From assembly GCF_009914755.1 (NCBI RefSeq), contig NC_060928.1: a stretch of DNA of 64,000 bases; one strand, 5' to 3'. Made by a program: the position numbers and the translations under genes. The notes below the pieces were generated by a model. That model saw only the letters and a program-made list of their open reading frames with translations. It made no database searches and was not told the DNA's origin. The stretch is from the human T2T-CHM13v2.0 reference genome, Homo sapiens. This document shows positions 26,090 to 38,760 of this stretch, piece by piece; positions within the stretch are counted from its first letter, which is position 1, and the number at the start of each line of letters is the position of its first letter.

Positions 26090-27130
26090 GGCAGGCTTGC
26101 TGCAGGACTTCCCAGTTAGGCTGACCTGGTTCTTGTGTAAACAGGTGAGTGCACCTGGCACCTGGGTCCATGGTTTGGAACTGGAGCCTAAGTCCTTGAG
26201 GGCAGGCCTGGGGCCTGGGTCCATGAGGGCTGGCCTAGAACTTGAGTCTGTAGGAGTGGTCCAGGAGCCTTGGTTCAAGGAGTCTTCCTGGCTTCAGGAT
26301 GTAGTGGGGTGGGTGTGGACCCTGTGTCTACTAGAGCCTGGCTCCATGGGTACCAGCCTAGAGCCTGAGGCTGGCTTGGTGCTGGGGTAGGTGTAGAGTT
26401 TGGGATCATAGAGGCTGGCCTAATGCCTGAAGCCAAAGTGACTGGTCTGGTGCCTGTGGCTGTGGGGGCCAGCCTGGAAGCTGGTTGTATGGGTGCTTGC
26501 CTGGAGACTAAGTCTGTGAGGGCTATTGTGGGTCATGCAACCACAGAGGCTGTCCTGAAACATGGGTCTGCTGAAGTGGGCCTGGATCCTAGATCTGCTG
26601 GAGTGTGGGGCTTAAGGGTCTAGCCTGGAGGGTGGAGCCACAGGGACTGACCTGGTACTGGGCAAGCCTGGAGCCTATATGCATGGTACTTACCTGGTGC
26701 CTAAGGCCAGGGGTGCTGGCATGGTTCTGCAGCAGGCCTGAAGTCTGGGGCTCTCTGGGCTGACCTCACTCTACACTAGTCTGGAACCTGGGGTGGGCCT
26801 GGAGCCTGAGGCCACAGGGGCTGATGTGATGCTGGACAGGCCTGGAGCCTGTATTGGCAGGGACTGGTCTGGAGGCTGGGTCTGCAGCTGGTGACCTGAG
26901 GACTAGGGCCATAGAGTCTGGCCTGGTGCTGGGGGTGTTCAGAGCCTATTATACCTGGGGTTACCCTGGACCTGGGGCTCATCTGGAGCCTAGGGCCACT
27001 GGGTTTGGCCTGGCAGTGGGGTGGGCCCAAAGACCAAGTCCCCAGAGCAGGCCAGGAGCATGGGATTGCTGAGCCAGCCTGGTGTGGGGGCAACCCGGAT
27101 CAGTCTGTGGTTGATCCTAGAGTCTGGGGT
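26090..27130 (-). repeat. Degenerate GC-rich tandem repeat in an old L1 5'UTR
   Basis: Recurring ggcctggagcctg(a/g)g-like units. Explains the cluster of Gly/Pro-rich spurious ORFs. Confidence 0.65.
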
Positions 27131-27913
27131 TCTCTACCAACTAGAGTCTGGGGTTGTGGGGGCCTACCCTTCATTTGGGTTTTACCGGGACAGACCTGGT
27201 GTTGGTGTCCAAGGCAAAGACTGGTACTCATTTCCCTCTCCTCTCAAACAGAGGGTTTCCCTCTCCAGGATGTGTTGCCTGAGGTTGAAGAAGGGGTAAT
27301 GTGGAGAGTGTAAAACTGTCCTTCCTACCTTCTTCAATGTGTCTTTTCTTATTTCTATGTTAATCTGTTCCCTTAGCTCTTGTGAAAGTATTTTAATCAG
27401 TGCCTAGTTGTTCAAATTTATGTTTCTGCAGGGCAATGACCATTGGAAAGTCTTAGTCTGCCATCTTGCTGATATCATTTCCCAGACTAAATAGAATGGT
27501 CATTTTAACTTTCTATGTATCCAAAACCTTTTCCTTCTGGCAGTAACACCCAAGTTGAGGATAACTCTTCAGACTTAAAGAAATTCTCCCCTCATAAGAG
27601 CCTAAGCAGGTAATTTCTCAGTCATTGATAAATATTGCTAAGAATGTCATGACAATGTAAAACTAGAATAATGATAGCATTCTAGTTACAATTCTTTTAA
27701 AGAAAGTTCTCAGCATAGTTTAGAATTGTATATACCAAATTATAAAATACACAGAGAGGAGAAAGTATGTGTGATTTCTAAAGGTCAGTGTGTAACTGTG
27801 TAGGTTTTCAGTCTGTCATCCTCCCTTATACCCCAACTCATTTCACATTTACAGCTAAGTAATAATATATACATAAATACATATGCATACATAAATGAAT
27901 ATTAAGAACATCA

Positions 27914-28218
27914 TTTTTTTTTTGACAGAGTCTCGCTCTGTTGCCTAGGCTGGAGTGCAGTGGCATGACCTTGGGTCACTGTAACCTCCGCCTCCTGGGT
28001 TCAAGCAATTCTCCTGCATCAGTCTCCTGAGTAGCTGGGTTTACAGGTGTACACCACCATGCCCAGCATATTTTGTATTTTTTTGTTGTTGTTTTTTTAG
28101 TAGAGACTGGGTTTCACCATGTTGGCTAGGCTGGTCTTGAGCTCCTGACCTCAAGTGATCTGTCCGCCTTGCCCTCCCAAAGTGCTGGTATTACAGGCGT
28201 GAGCCACTGCACCTGGCC
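27914..28218 (-). mobile_element. AluSx/Sz
   Basis: Full dimer with TSD aagaa(c/t)atcatttt on both sides. Confidence 0.9.
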
Positions 28219-28719
28219 AAGAATATCATTTTTATCTCTCATTCGCCAAAATATGTTTTAATTTAAGCTGACATTTTAAAATGTGGTTTCTGTAGGTAGG
28301 TGCAGACAGGTGTATAGATTCTAATATATATTCTTAAATAGTGTTTTATAATTAAAACATAAGCTTAAACATTATACATAAGACAGGCTTTTATAGCTGT
28401 GGAAACAATCAAGGCTATTTTTAGTTCCTTCCTCACACCAACAATTCACATGAAACCTCTAAAGACTCAAAATGCTCATGTTGAGTGACAATGTTCTTGC
28501 CATGCAAAATGTCTCATTCTCCTTTAGCTTACACAGTCATTTCTCTTTTGTTCTCTCATTTTTAAACATTTGTATGAGTTGTTAAGACTTTAAACTACTT
28601 TAAAACACTTAGACTTCTCTTTTATTAGTCAGATCAACCAGCACAAGGTCGGATACAGACTAAGTACTCAATACTTCTTGACTAGTGGAAACCAGTCAAG
28701 TACAGATTAGTGCTGCATT

Positions 28720-28885
28720 TTGTGGGAAGAGCACAATGTGTGAGAATCCAGGACCTGTAGATTCTAGTGCCAGCACTACCACTGACTAACAATGTGCTCT
28801 TTGATAGCTATCTACAAACTTCAGTTAACTCACCTATAAAGGGAAAGTTTGGCTAGATGACAATTAACAGCCTTTTGAGCTCTAG
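28720..28885 (+). mobile_element. MIR
   Basis: gaagagcac...ggacctg.agattctagtgccagcactaccact.actaac...ctcacctataaa resembles the MIR core. Confidence 0.55.
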
Positions 28886-29106
28886 TACTTTATAAATTTA
28901 AAGAGTTTTCTGGCTCCATTTCCTATACTCTTCTAGGCTTATAGCAATGATTGAACCTTACAAATTAGCAAAAAATAATTATCTCCATCATATCACATCT
29001 GCCAGTCTCTCTTTGTGGATGATTCACAATTGTCATACAGCAAAGGCAAATTCAAAACATGGTTGACTTTCTTGTCAAAATTGAACTTACTCATTTCTCT
29101 GTATTT

Positions 29107-29425
29107 CTTTTTTTTGGGGGGGTGGCTAGGGGTGGGAGAGAGAGACGGGGTTTCACTGTGTTACCTAGCTTGATCTCAAACTCCTGGCCTCAAGTGATCC
29201 TCCCACCTCAGAACTCCTGGCCTTGAGTGATCCTCCCAACTCAGCCTTCCAAAGTGCTGGGATTATGGGCATGAGCCACTGCACCTGGTCTGATCAAAAT
29301 TTTAAAGTCATATTTGGTGTATGAGTCAGGATTCCATCAGGAAGCAAAGGATATGCTCAAGTTAAGATAATGTGAGGTTTTGATAAAGGCATTATTTATG
29401 ACAGGCATGAGCCACCGCATCTGGC
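29107..29425 (-). mobile_element. FLAM / Alu left monomer with an internal templated insertion
   Basis: gagacggggtttcactgtg...; the ctcctggcc.caagtgatcctccca segment occurs twice, and a second Alu 5' end (acaggcatgagccaccgcatctggc) lies at 29401-29425. Confidence 0.7.
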
Positions 29426-29489
29426 TCCTTATATTCCTTATCTCAGCTAATAACATCACCTATCCTTAGGGCCACCCAAGATCAAAATC

Positions 29490-29800
29490 TTTTTTCTTCT
29501 CCTTTATTTTTTTTAAATGAGATGAGGTCTTATTCAGTAACCCAAGCTGGAGTGCGGTGGAGTAATCATGGCTTACTGCAGCCTCAACCACCTGGGATCA
29601 AGCGATCCTCTCTCCTGTCTTCCAAGTAGCTGGAACTACAGTCACACTCCACCAGGCCTGGAAAATTTTTTATTTTTATTTTTGTAGAGATGGGGTGTTA
29701 CTGTGTCGCCCAGGCTAGTCTTGAACTCCTAGGTTCAAACAGTCGTCCTGCCTCAGCCTCACAAAGTAGTGGGATTACAGATCTTAGCCACCACACATGG
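29490..29800 (-). mobile_element. AluJ
   Basis: Diverged full dimer (gagatgaggtc...tgcagcctcaacc...gggattacag). Confidence 0.85.
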
Positions 29801-29828
29801 TCTGATCAAAATTTTAAGTCATATTTGG

Positions 29829-30070
29829 TGTATGAGTCAAGATCCCAGCAGGAAGCAAATGGTATGCTCAAATTAAGGTAATTTGAGGATTTAATAAAGG
29901 CACTATTTATGAAGGTGAGGTTAGAGTATATGGAAACCACAGAAGATGTGGTGTCCCAGACAGTGAGACTGGGGAGCCCATAGTCGACCACACAGGTTAA
30001 CTTCCTAAGGCAGAGAGTGTGGTAGAGGGGGATAGAGGATGAATCTGGTGTGACAAAGAAAGATGTCCAT
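29829..30070 (-). mobile_element. ERVL LTR fragment (LTR41-like), approximate
   Basis: tgtatgagtcaagatcccagcaggaagcaaatggtatgctcaaattaaggtaatttgagg resembles a recalled ERVL LTR terminus. Confidence 0.4.
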
Positions 30071-30670
30071 TGCATGTGGCACTCCAGGTTTTTCTTTATC
30101 AAATTAAACTTATCACAGTCCTTTTCTGATAAGTTTATTCCACTGCAGTCTTTCTCCTTTACACTTACACTTCGATTCCACTCGTTCTGGCTCCCATTAC
30201 CTTTGCTGAGGCCCATGGTCAATGACCCAGTCTCTTTCCATACCTCACGGAGCCACTAGCAATCCCTCAGTATGAACACTTAAAATGAAACAGATTACCT
30301 TTTCTACCTATCAGGTATTTAATTTGTGTATTAGACAGTTCTACAGAGCCCTAATGCTCAGTGGAACATGGGTCAAATACCAGTACTCCATTGACAGTCT
30401 TTTTTGTATTCACCATCCTTTTTAAAGGGGTGTATCAGTCTGTTATCCCACACTGTAACTGGTCTGTTCTATTAGCCTCGAGTCTTTAGTCAGAGTCTTT
30501 AGTCAAATTCTTTCAGCATCAAGACTTCCATTAGGAATATCACAGCATAATCTGTGATTTTCTGTGGCAGATGGCTCAGGGCATTAACATGAAATGTTCT
30601 TCCAGAGTCCTACACCAACAAATGATCATAAACATGGAACAAAGATGCCATCACGCACCTTATGTGCCTA

Positions 30671-30817
30671 TGTGGTGGCAAATGAAAACCATAGCTTAAA
30701 AATAGAGCAGGATTGGGGTTAGTAGAAATCAGAAAGCCACAGATTTGTGGTGGCAAAATGAAAACCATAGTTTAAAAACAGCAGTATTGGGACTAGTAGA
30801 AATCAGAAAGTCACAGA
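30671..30817. repeat. ~75-bp tandem duplication, two diverged copies
   Basis: tgtggtggcaaa(a)tgaaaaccatag...tagtagaaatcagaaag(c/t)cacaga at 30671-30743 and 30746-30817. Confidence 0.9.
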
Positions 30818-33800
30818 ACCGCATGAATTAGGCAAAATTATTGATACTTTGATATAGTCACATTCAGTGTGGCTGGCATATGTAACAGGCCCAAGAATGC
30901 CATTCTTAAGGAACTTCTTGATTTTCTAATTTTCTCCCTTAGAATATGCATTAATTCTAACCCTCACATGAATTGGTGTAATCATAAGATTATTTTTAAT
31001 ATACTTCCTTGTTGTTATTGTCATTTAAATAAACAAAATCACTAAATTCCAGGTAACATCAATAGCTGTAACACCTTCTATGCTATATTTAGATAATGCA
31101 GAATGTTCTTTGAAGTGTGGCGCTTCAGAAACTTTAATGAAAACATAATGAGCATTTTAGTTAGGTGACAGCATTTAGTTTTTGTTGATGTAAGACACAG
31201 GAAAGTCTAGAATTGTACAATTAGCTGTATTCTAGAACCATTTTTTTAATTGACATTTTGGTCTGTGGCCATTCTATTAAAATTGCATGTGTTTAGGTTA
31301 TAAACAGCCCTTTACAAGAATCAGATGACATCCCCATTCTGGTTTCTTTTGCTCTCAAAAATTATCTTGGTGAATGGTAAAAATTGTCAAACTAAAACAA
31401 TATATTAAAACAGGAGTAAGAAATAATGGACATGTATTATATGTCTCACTTTAGTGTTCGCCATCTTGGGTGGCATTTGTCTTCTTTAGTGACAACAAAG
31501 CAAACGACTCTACTATCACTAAAGGAGAACCAGATTTTCAAATTCTTGAGGTATTTTATATCAAGGAAAATAATTTTTAAAGTCAAATTTGTTTTTAATC
31601 CAAAATTGTTTTTATACTTATTTTCTTAAGAATGACAAAGGGATATTTAGTTATAAATGCAACTTAGTCTGTTAAACATTTAACAAAAACTATACAAATA
31701 CTTCAGTTCTTACAGACATATGACCAAAAATAAAAACACAGTCGACCTGAATTGAGCCCCAAGAAAAATAGGTTGGGAGCAGTGATTGGCCAAAACATTT
31801 CGAGAAAGCTTTTAGTGGTTGCAAAGAGGTAGTCTGTGGATAGAAGTAATAACTTTAACCATGGAAACCTCTTGGTCCTGAGCACTTTCAGCTTATTTAT
31901 CCATCAGAGAAAAGTCAACAACATTGAAATCCCTGCACTAACACAAAATGGTCTCCTATCCCATTTTGGGATTGTCTAAGTTATACATATGACTGATTAA
32001 TTATTATTTTTAAACTTTTACTCTTGTGTATTAATATAAATTGTAAAACCATCTTCTTTTTAGGCCCTGGAACCCTTTATGATAGTGATTTATTTGAGTT
32101 TTATCTAAGATAACTCTATTAGAGGTTCAAGGAATGTTGATAATTTGGTCTTAATGAATTTTAGTGTTAGGACTTTAAACACCATCTAGTGTAACATCAC
32201 TGCTGACATGTGATCTTCATGCTGCTTGAATGCTTCCTAGAACAGGAACCTAGCATCCTGCAGGCATTCTTGATAGAAACACAAATCTACCTTTCCGTAG
32301 CCTCTGTCCACAGGGTCTGCACTTGCCATCTGGAGCTACACAGAACAAGTTAATTTCTCTTTCCTGTGATAGACTTCACATAGTTGAAGACAAATTCTCC
32401 CTGCAATGTCTTTAGGCCTGCCATCATTTTTCTTGTGATGTGTTTTCTGTATTCCCAAATCCTCCGGCTGACCTTTTCTAGATTAGCTCCAGATTTTCAG
32501 TTTTAATTTAGAAGATAGTAACCAGATTGAGATGTAGTATTTTCCATGTGGTTTGATCATTTGCTTCTGGTATACACACATTGGGTTTCTTGTTCTACTG
32601 TGTTCTTTTGAGACAGAATGGAAGAAAAGGTCTTTTAGTGATTGCCAAAGTCTCCTCAGCATCTTTGCTGAACCACTTCACTAGGCTTACTCTCCTTCCT
32701 GTAGACTTCCATTGTCAAGCTCCAAGCCCGACCCAGATAAATTCTCCAGTTCATCTCTCTTCTTTGCTCCTCAAATCTCTTTGACTTAGAACTTATGGCA
32801 CTAAAATCGTAGAGTCAAAATCAGACTTTCCTTTTATTAAATTCTGATTATAGTGGGTATTATTGAATCAAAGTACAGTGAATTAGGATTATTGCTATGA
32901 CTACTATTAATGCTTTTTTTTTTGCATAGTGCTTTATAGCATTGGCTACTGGGGGGTCATATTTCAAACTTTTAGGGTATTTTGGTGCCTTTTTGTGATT
33001 ACCAAAATAGCCATAATTGTCTGGCATAATTTTTCTTTCATGTAAAATAAATGCTTTTTTACACTGCTGTTTAGCATTTTCCAAGCACCACAATCACTAG
33101 AGGAATTGACATCATAAGTTAAAATGTACTGAGAGCCCACAGGGTGCCTGTCGTTGTCCTTGTCTCTTTATAACAGCTGTATCCATTGAGAACTGCTCTG
33201 TAGACTCATGGCCCTTTCCCTCCAGTTAATTTAGGAGCAGCTGCAGCCCTTGCAAAGTGAAAACCAAATGTCCTCTGGGATTTCCAAGAAACCTAATTCA
33301 TTTTTCCACTGTAAATTAACTGGCTTCTCACTGTTAGTGTCTCTATGATTGTGACTCTCTCAATAATTAATACAGTATCATCTTTCATGGATATTATGTT
33401 TATAATAGATTTATTAAGTTGTTTTGCCAAAGAAGGAGAGAACAGCATATGTTTATTTGAATTTCCTTTTCCATCCACTTAATTTCTTCTTTGCTTTGGT
33501 AGTTTAAATATTTAAGCTGCTGGCTTCTTATTAGATTAATTGAGATACTGTCTAATTAATCCCGCAGAGGACAGAAATATTATTCTCCTCTTCATTTTTA
33601 TAATTAAAAATAGTAAACAAAAATGAAAGAGTTCAAAACTAGTCTGATATAAAAAAGGCATTACAGTCTTAACTGAGACATGCTTCTCTTTCCATCTTTC
33701 ATAAATTGAGGTAGAAATTATATGCTGTAGCACATCCATGTATCATTTTTAAAAACTTTTTTCATGGCAAGCTCTTGCTATCTATTAATTATCTTAATTT

Positions 33801-34873
33801 GTGTTCTCTTAGATTGTGATAATTTATATTCCTAAGATATTGAAGTTTGAGCCTGGAGAGACTTAACATTTGATTTGGATGGACAACCACAATTTATGAT
33901 GTTTGTTCAAGCTAGATTTGAGGGCTCTGAAGCCACAGGTTTGGGCATGAACTCTTGAGGGAACAGGTTTTCTCATGAAAACCTTGGCACTTCTACTTTT
34001 AACCATTACCAGTAACAGCTGTTAATAGTAGAGAATTAGGAACTATGACTTTCTAATTTGATATCTTTATTGATATATTGACCTACATAGCAGGATGTTT
34101 TTGGAGTTTTTGAAAGAGATCAAGTTTGATGAAATGAAAGGGAAAACAAATGATGAAAGAAAATCACATACTCTTCTTTTCTAAATGCGCTTAAAACTGT
34201 GAGAAGGGCCCAAAGAGAGCAGTTCTTATCTCCTTAAAGTCAGACTGAGAAGTCTTATTTACAGACCCCATTGTGTATCTAGTAGACTATGTACTCATTG
34301 CTAGACATTTTTAGGGCACTTTCTACTTCTACTATGTCAGTTTTGCCTAGCTCAAATTAAAGTTTCATTTTAGTATAGAGTAAGACATGAATAGCCTGCT
34401 AAAATAGCACCCCTACCTGTCTTCTCTAATTAGGGGATTTAGCGTTGAATATAACAGTGGTCTGGGGAAAATCAATTTCCTTGACTGTGAAGTTTAAACT
34501 GGATTCAAGATCTCAGAAATGAATATCTTAATAATAAACACTCTCCAGGAGTGATTTCTGCTGTAATTAAACTAATATTGTACAATTTAAGGGGAAGGAA
34601 GTGGAAATAGAAGTTTGTATGTTATGCAGACTATATCACCCTGACTGTGATTTTTAATGAGGTTAAGCAACACTATTAATAGGGTGGCTTTTTTCTCCAT
34701 AAATTTTAAGAACTGTAATCCTGACATGTATTAACATGAGTGTTTTTAGCTACTTTTATGCCTGTACTGTAATAATGCCACACTTGACAAGTAAGTGCCA
34801 TCACGTATATACATATGTATTATGTATATACATCATATTATACATATCATTAACATATCTCTGTTTGTTTATA

Positions 34874-35412
34874 TGTTATTAGTTTCTATGGCTGTTTTGT
34901 CAAGTCACCACATACATGGTGGCTTAAAACAACAAAATTTATATCTGAGAGGTCAGATCTGGATGTCAAAATTGAGATCTGGAGATCAGAAATCTGAAAT
35001 GGGCCTCAGTGGGCTAAAATCAAGGTGTGGGCAGGACTGCATTCCTTCTCGAGGCTCTAGGGGAGAATGTGTTTCTTTGACTTTTCTACCACCTAGGGGC
35101 TGCCTGCATTCTTTGGCTCATGACTCTTTTCTTCAACTTTATAGCCAGCAGTGGCCAGTCAAGTCTTTCTCACACTTTATTATTCTGACACTGATTCTCC
35201 TGCCTCCTTCTTTCATTTACAAGAACCCCTGTGATTACATTGGACCCACCTGTTTAATTCAGGCTAATCTTCCTAAACTAGTGGATTGGCAACATTAATT
35301 TTCTCTGCAACCTTAATTTGCCCTAGCCATGTAACATTACATATTCACAGGTTGTGGGAATTAGGACGTGGGCATCTTTAGGGGTATATTATACTTTAAT
35401 CTGCTTACCACA
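34874..35412 (-). mobile_element. MaLR solo LTR (MLT1D/E-like)
   Basis: ggtggcttaaaacaac...gggctaaaatcaaggtgt.ggcagg.ctgcattccttct.gaggctctaggggagaat...ttcacaggtt.tgggaattagga...ctgcttaccaca. Confidence 0.82.
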
Positions 35413-35429
35413 GTATCTGACTTAAATTT

Positions 35430-36300
35430 TAAGATGAGTACACTGGGTGCTATGTTAATAGTGCACTGAAGGGGCGCAAGTGCAGAAGCAGGAAGACTAT
35501 GTAGGAAGCTAATGTAGTAAACCATATGAGATAAAATGGTGGCTTAAACAGGGTGGTACTAGCAATGGAGGTGATGAGAAGTAGCAGGATCCTAGACATA
35601 TTTTCAACATAATTTGCTGACCAATTAGATGTGGGATATAACAGAAAGAAGAGTTGAGTATATTCCGAAGTTTTAGGTCTGAGCAATGGGGAAAATTAAG
35701 CTGGCATTAATTAAGATAGAGAAAACTATTCAAAGAGCAGGTTTAGGGTGTCAGTGGTGGGGCAGTGTGGGCCAGGGAAGAGGAGCCAGGGGGAGATCAA
35801 GCACTTAGTTTTTGCATAAGTTTGAGATGCCTGGTAGTGATTTTAGTCAAGCAGGTCTGTCCTCCACCAGGGCCAGAGGTATAGGTCCTATGGGAATTTC
35901 TGCCAAAGAATTGCAGATTGAATTTACTTGCCACCGTCTATTTCCCTTCTCCTCTTTATTAAAAAAAAAAAAGGAGGAGAGCTATCTGCCTTTTAAATAA
36001 CTATTTGTCTTCCTTCAGTATATATAAAAAATCCAAGTGGAGGTGTCAGGTAGTTAGATAGATAATTCTGGAATTTGGAAGAGTGGTCTAGCCTAGAAAT
36101 ATAAATTTTTTGTTCTTTAGCATGTAAATGGCATTTTAAAGCATGAGAGTGAATGTAATCACTTAGGGAGAGAATATAGATAGGAAAGAAGAGACCAAAG
36201 TCTGAACTCTGGAACACTGCAATCTCAAGAGTTTGGAGGAGTTGAAAGGAAACCAGCAAAGAAGAACTAGAGTAGCCAGTGAAGTAGGATGCAAGTCAGG
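35430..36300 (-). mobile_element. L2 fragment interrupted by a 189-bp duplicated segment
   Basis: L2 motifs aagtttgagatgcct (before the insert) and atccaagtggaggtgtcag (after it). Confidence 0.7.
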
Positions 36301-38048
36301 TCTGCTAGATCTGATTTCCAAAATGTCTTCAGAATGCCATAGTATTCTTAGATCAGAACATGGTAACTGGTATATTACAGACAGTTGCTTTTGAAAAATT
36401 ATATTGGATGATTGGACTATTTCCATACACATATCCTGCTATCAGAGTTCCTTCCGGATCCACTGATAGTTCTGCATTTACTCTCTGTCCATGTAATATG
36501 AGGTTTTTGAAGTTTAATGAGATACTCTTGAGAATATATGTTAATGCCATCTTTAGAGGGTGATATATCTGTGTAGGCTCTGTATTAAATATGAGAGTTC
36601 AGAATGGAGTAAGAAATTCAGTTGCTTCATTAAGCTACAGAAATTATAATTTTAGGAGATTTGACAATTTTATATTCTTTTGAATATCCTCATTGTTGAC
36701 AAATTTCTTTTGCTTTGAATGGATTTAACTTTACAGAGTATCTGCAGTAATTTGTGTGTTGTTGAATAGAGCGAAAATTGGAAAATCAATATAACATTCT
36801 AGAAGGTAATTGGCATTATATACCAAAACACTTAAATTTTTATATAGACATTGATATAGTAACTCTTCTGACAGGAATTTATTCTAAGGAAACAGTCTTA
36901 TATATATGTGCAAAGATTTTTTTTATGATATTGTTCATTATAGTGAAAAGTTAAAAACAATCTAAACAGTAGAGTATTAGAAAAATAGATTTTAGGATAA
37001 CCATTCAGCATAATACTATGGAGTCAACAACGTATAATATTATGGAAAATATCAAATGAAATAGAATAAAAGTGGAAAAATCAAAATATCAAACAGTATG
37101 TGAAAAATTCTGTATGTACTCATATATATGGACATAAATATGTAGAAAAGGATATATTTGCAAGTGTTAAAATTCATCTCTACATAGTAGAATTGAAAAA
37201 CATTTTCTTTTTTCATTATTTTTTCTAAATATTCTACAATGAACATATATTAATTTTGAAACAAAAAATATATTTCAAAGAAGATAGAATTATGGTTCTT
37301 CAGGCATGTGCGATAGTTAATGTGGGTAATCAAACAGTCTTTGCTCAGTACTAAAACTATAAAAGGAATTTTTAATTTTTGGAACAATAGCAACACCATT
37401 AAAAGAAATGGATAGCTTCCCAAAGAGAATAATTTGAAAAACAGCCCTGATTTGGATTTGGAAGTTCTGGGATTTTGAGGGGGTGTTGGGGTACATTTTA
37501 AATTGAGCTTTAATTTGCATAGTAAAATTCACAGATTATACATTTGTGTAACCAACATCCAAATTAAAATACAGCTGGTATATTTGTCTGAAAAAAAATC
37601 ATTGTTTTTCTTTCAACAGTATTATACCTTAAATAATTTCTTAAAGCAGTATAGATCTTTCAGGGCATTTTCTCTTTGTTGGTACTTGGAATCATGCGTC
37701 TTGATCTCACTATCTCTTGGAGTAGTGTGGCCAAATTAGCAGCAGCCCCATACATGGGCTCTCAGTGATGAGGTTCAGTTTGCCATGTAGGTTTTGCAGG
37801 GCGTCCAGTTTATGGAAAGCTGAGAATGCCTCCTCTACCAACTAAAGAAGCAGAATTGCCCAGGTGCCTGGTAGTGACTTTGGTCAAGCAAGTCAGTCCT
37901 CCACCAGGACCAGAGGTATATGTCCTATGGGAATTTCTACCAAAGAATTGCAGATTGAATTTATTTGCTCCCATCTATTTCCCCTCTCCTGTTTATTAAA
38001 AAAAGGAGGAAAGCTATCTGCCTTTTAAATAACTATTTCTCTTCTTTC
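35828..38048 (+). repeat. Dispersed direct duplication: 35828-36016 and 37865-38048
   Basis: tgcctggtagtga...gtcctatgggaatttct.ccaaagaattgcagattgaattta...gctatctgccttttaaataactattt in both copies, roughly 90% identical by eye. Confidence 0.93.
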
Positions 38049-38519
38049 GAACAACTTATAGGATATTTGTGTTGCCCACTAGTTGCATTTTCTAGGTGAG
38101 GATTGTAAGGGTGGTAAATAAGAACTAACTTCCATTTTGCCTTTGCAATGACCTCTGGTCCTCCAGTGATTTATGACCTACTGGTCTAGAGGGGTGTTTG
38201 TAACTTCCTGACATACTCCTGAACTGCTTCATAGGACCATCTTTTGCCAGACCACCCTGAACTGCCAGTGTCAACACTACTTGCACAAAACTTAATAAAT
38301 GAGTTTTCTCCAGTATTGAGCCCCTAAGAAACATCCTTTTTTTGCTGTGACTCCAGATACTTCTAACCAAAATTAGCTCTGAGTGGCAGTTCCATGTCAT
38401 TAATGGGCTTTTAATTTTTTATTTCTTGGATTTGAAGTTTCATTTCAAAGACCACCTGACAGTAGATCATTTAGTTATTCCAGTGGTCTGCAGCCATGAG
38501 AACTTCTAGAACTTGAAAT

Positions 38520-38760
38520 AACAATAATTAACTTATATTAGGAGAGTTTATTATGTTCCAGGCAATATTGTTAAGCACTTTCATGGCTTTTCTTACTTAA
38601 TTCTGATAACAAACCAATGAAGTTGTAGGGATTATTTTGGCTATGTTTTGCAGATGAAGTAATTGAAGCTAAGAAAGGGTAGGTATTTACAAATAGGAAA
38701 TAATGGTGCAGGAGTTCCAATAGTGGTTGTGCTCCCAACTGCTGTACTATATTATCTACC
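38520..38760 (-). mobile_element. MIR
   Basis: ttatgttccaggca...ttaagcacttt...tttgcagatgaagtaattgaagct. Confidence 0.55.

Noticed and set aside
26054-27313. Cluster of overlapping Gly/Pro/Ala-rich ORFs, or a CRISPR-like repeat array
   Set aside because: This is a degenerate tandem repeat in an old L1 5'UTR. There are no constant repeats with unique spacers, and the ORFs reflect GC richness.
34795-35298. Longest ORF in the track (167 aa)
   Set aside because: It lies almost entirely in an antisense MLT1 LTR, starts at GTG, and resembles no protein I recognise.
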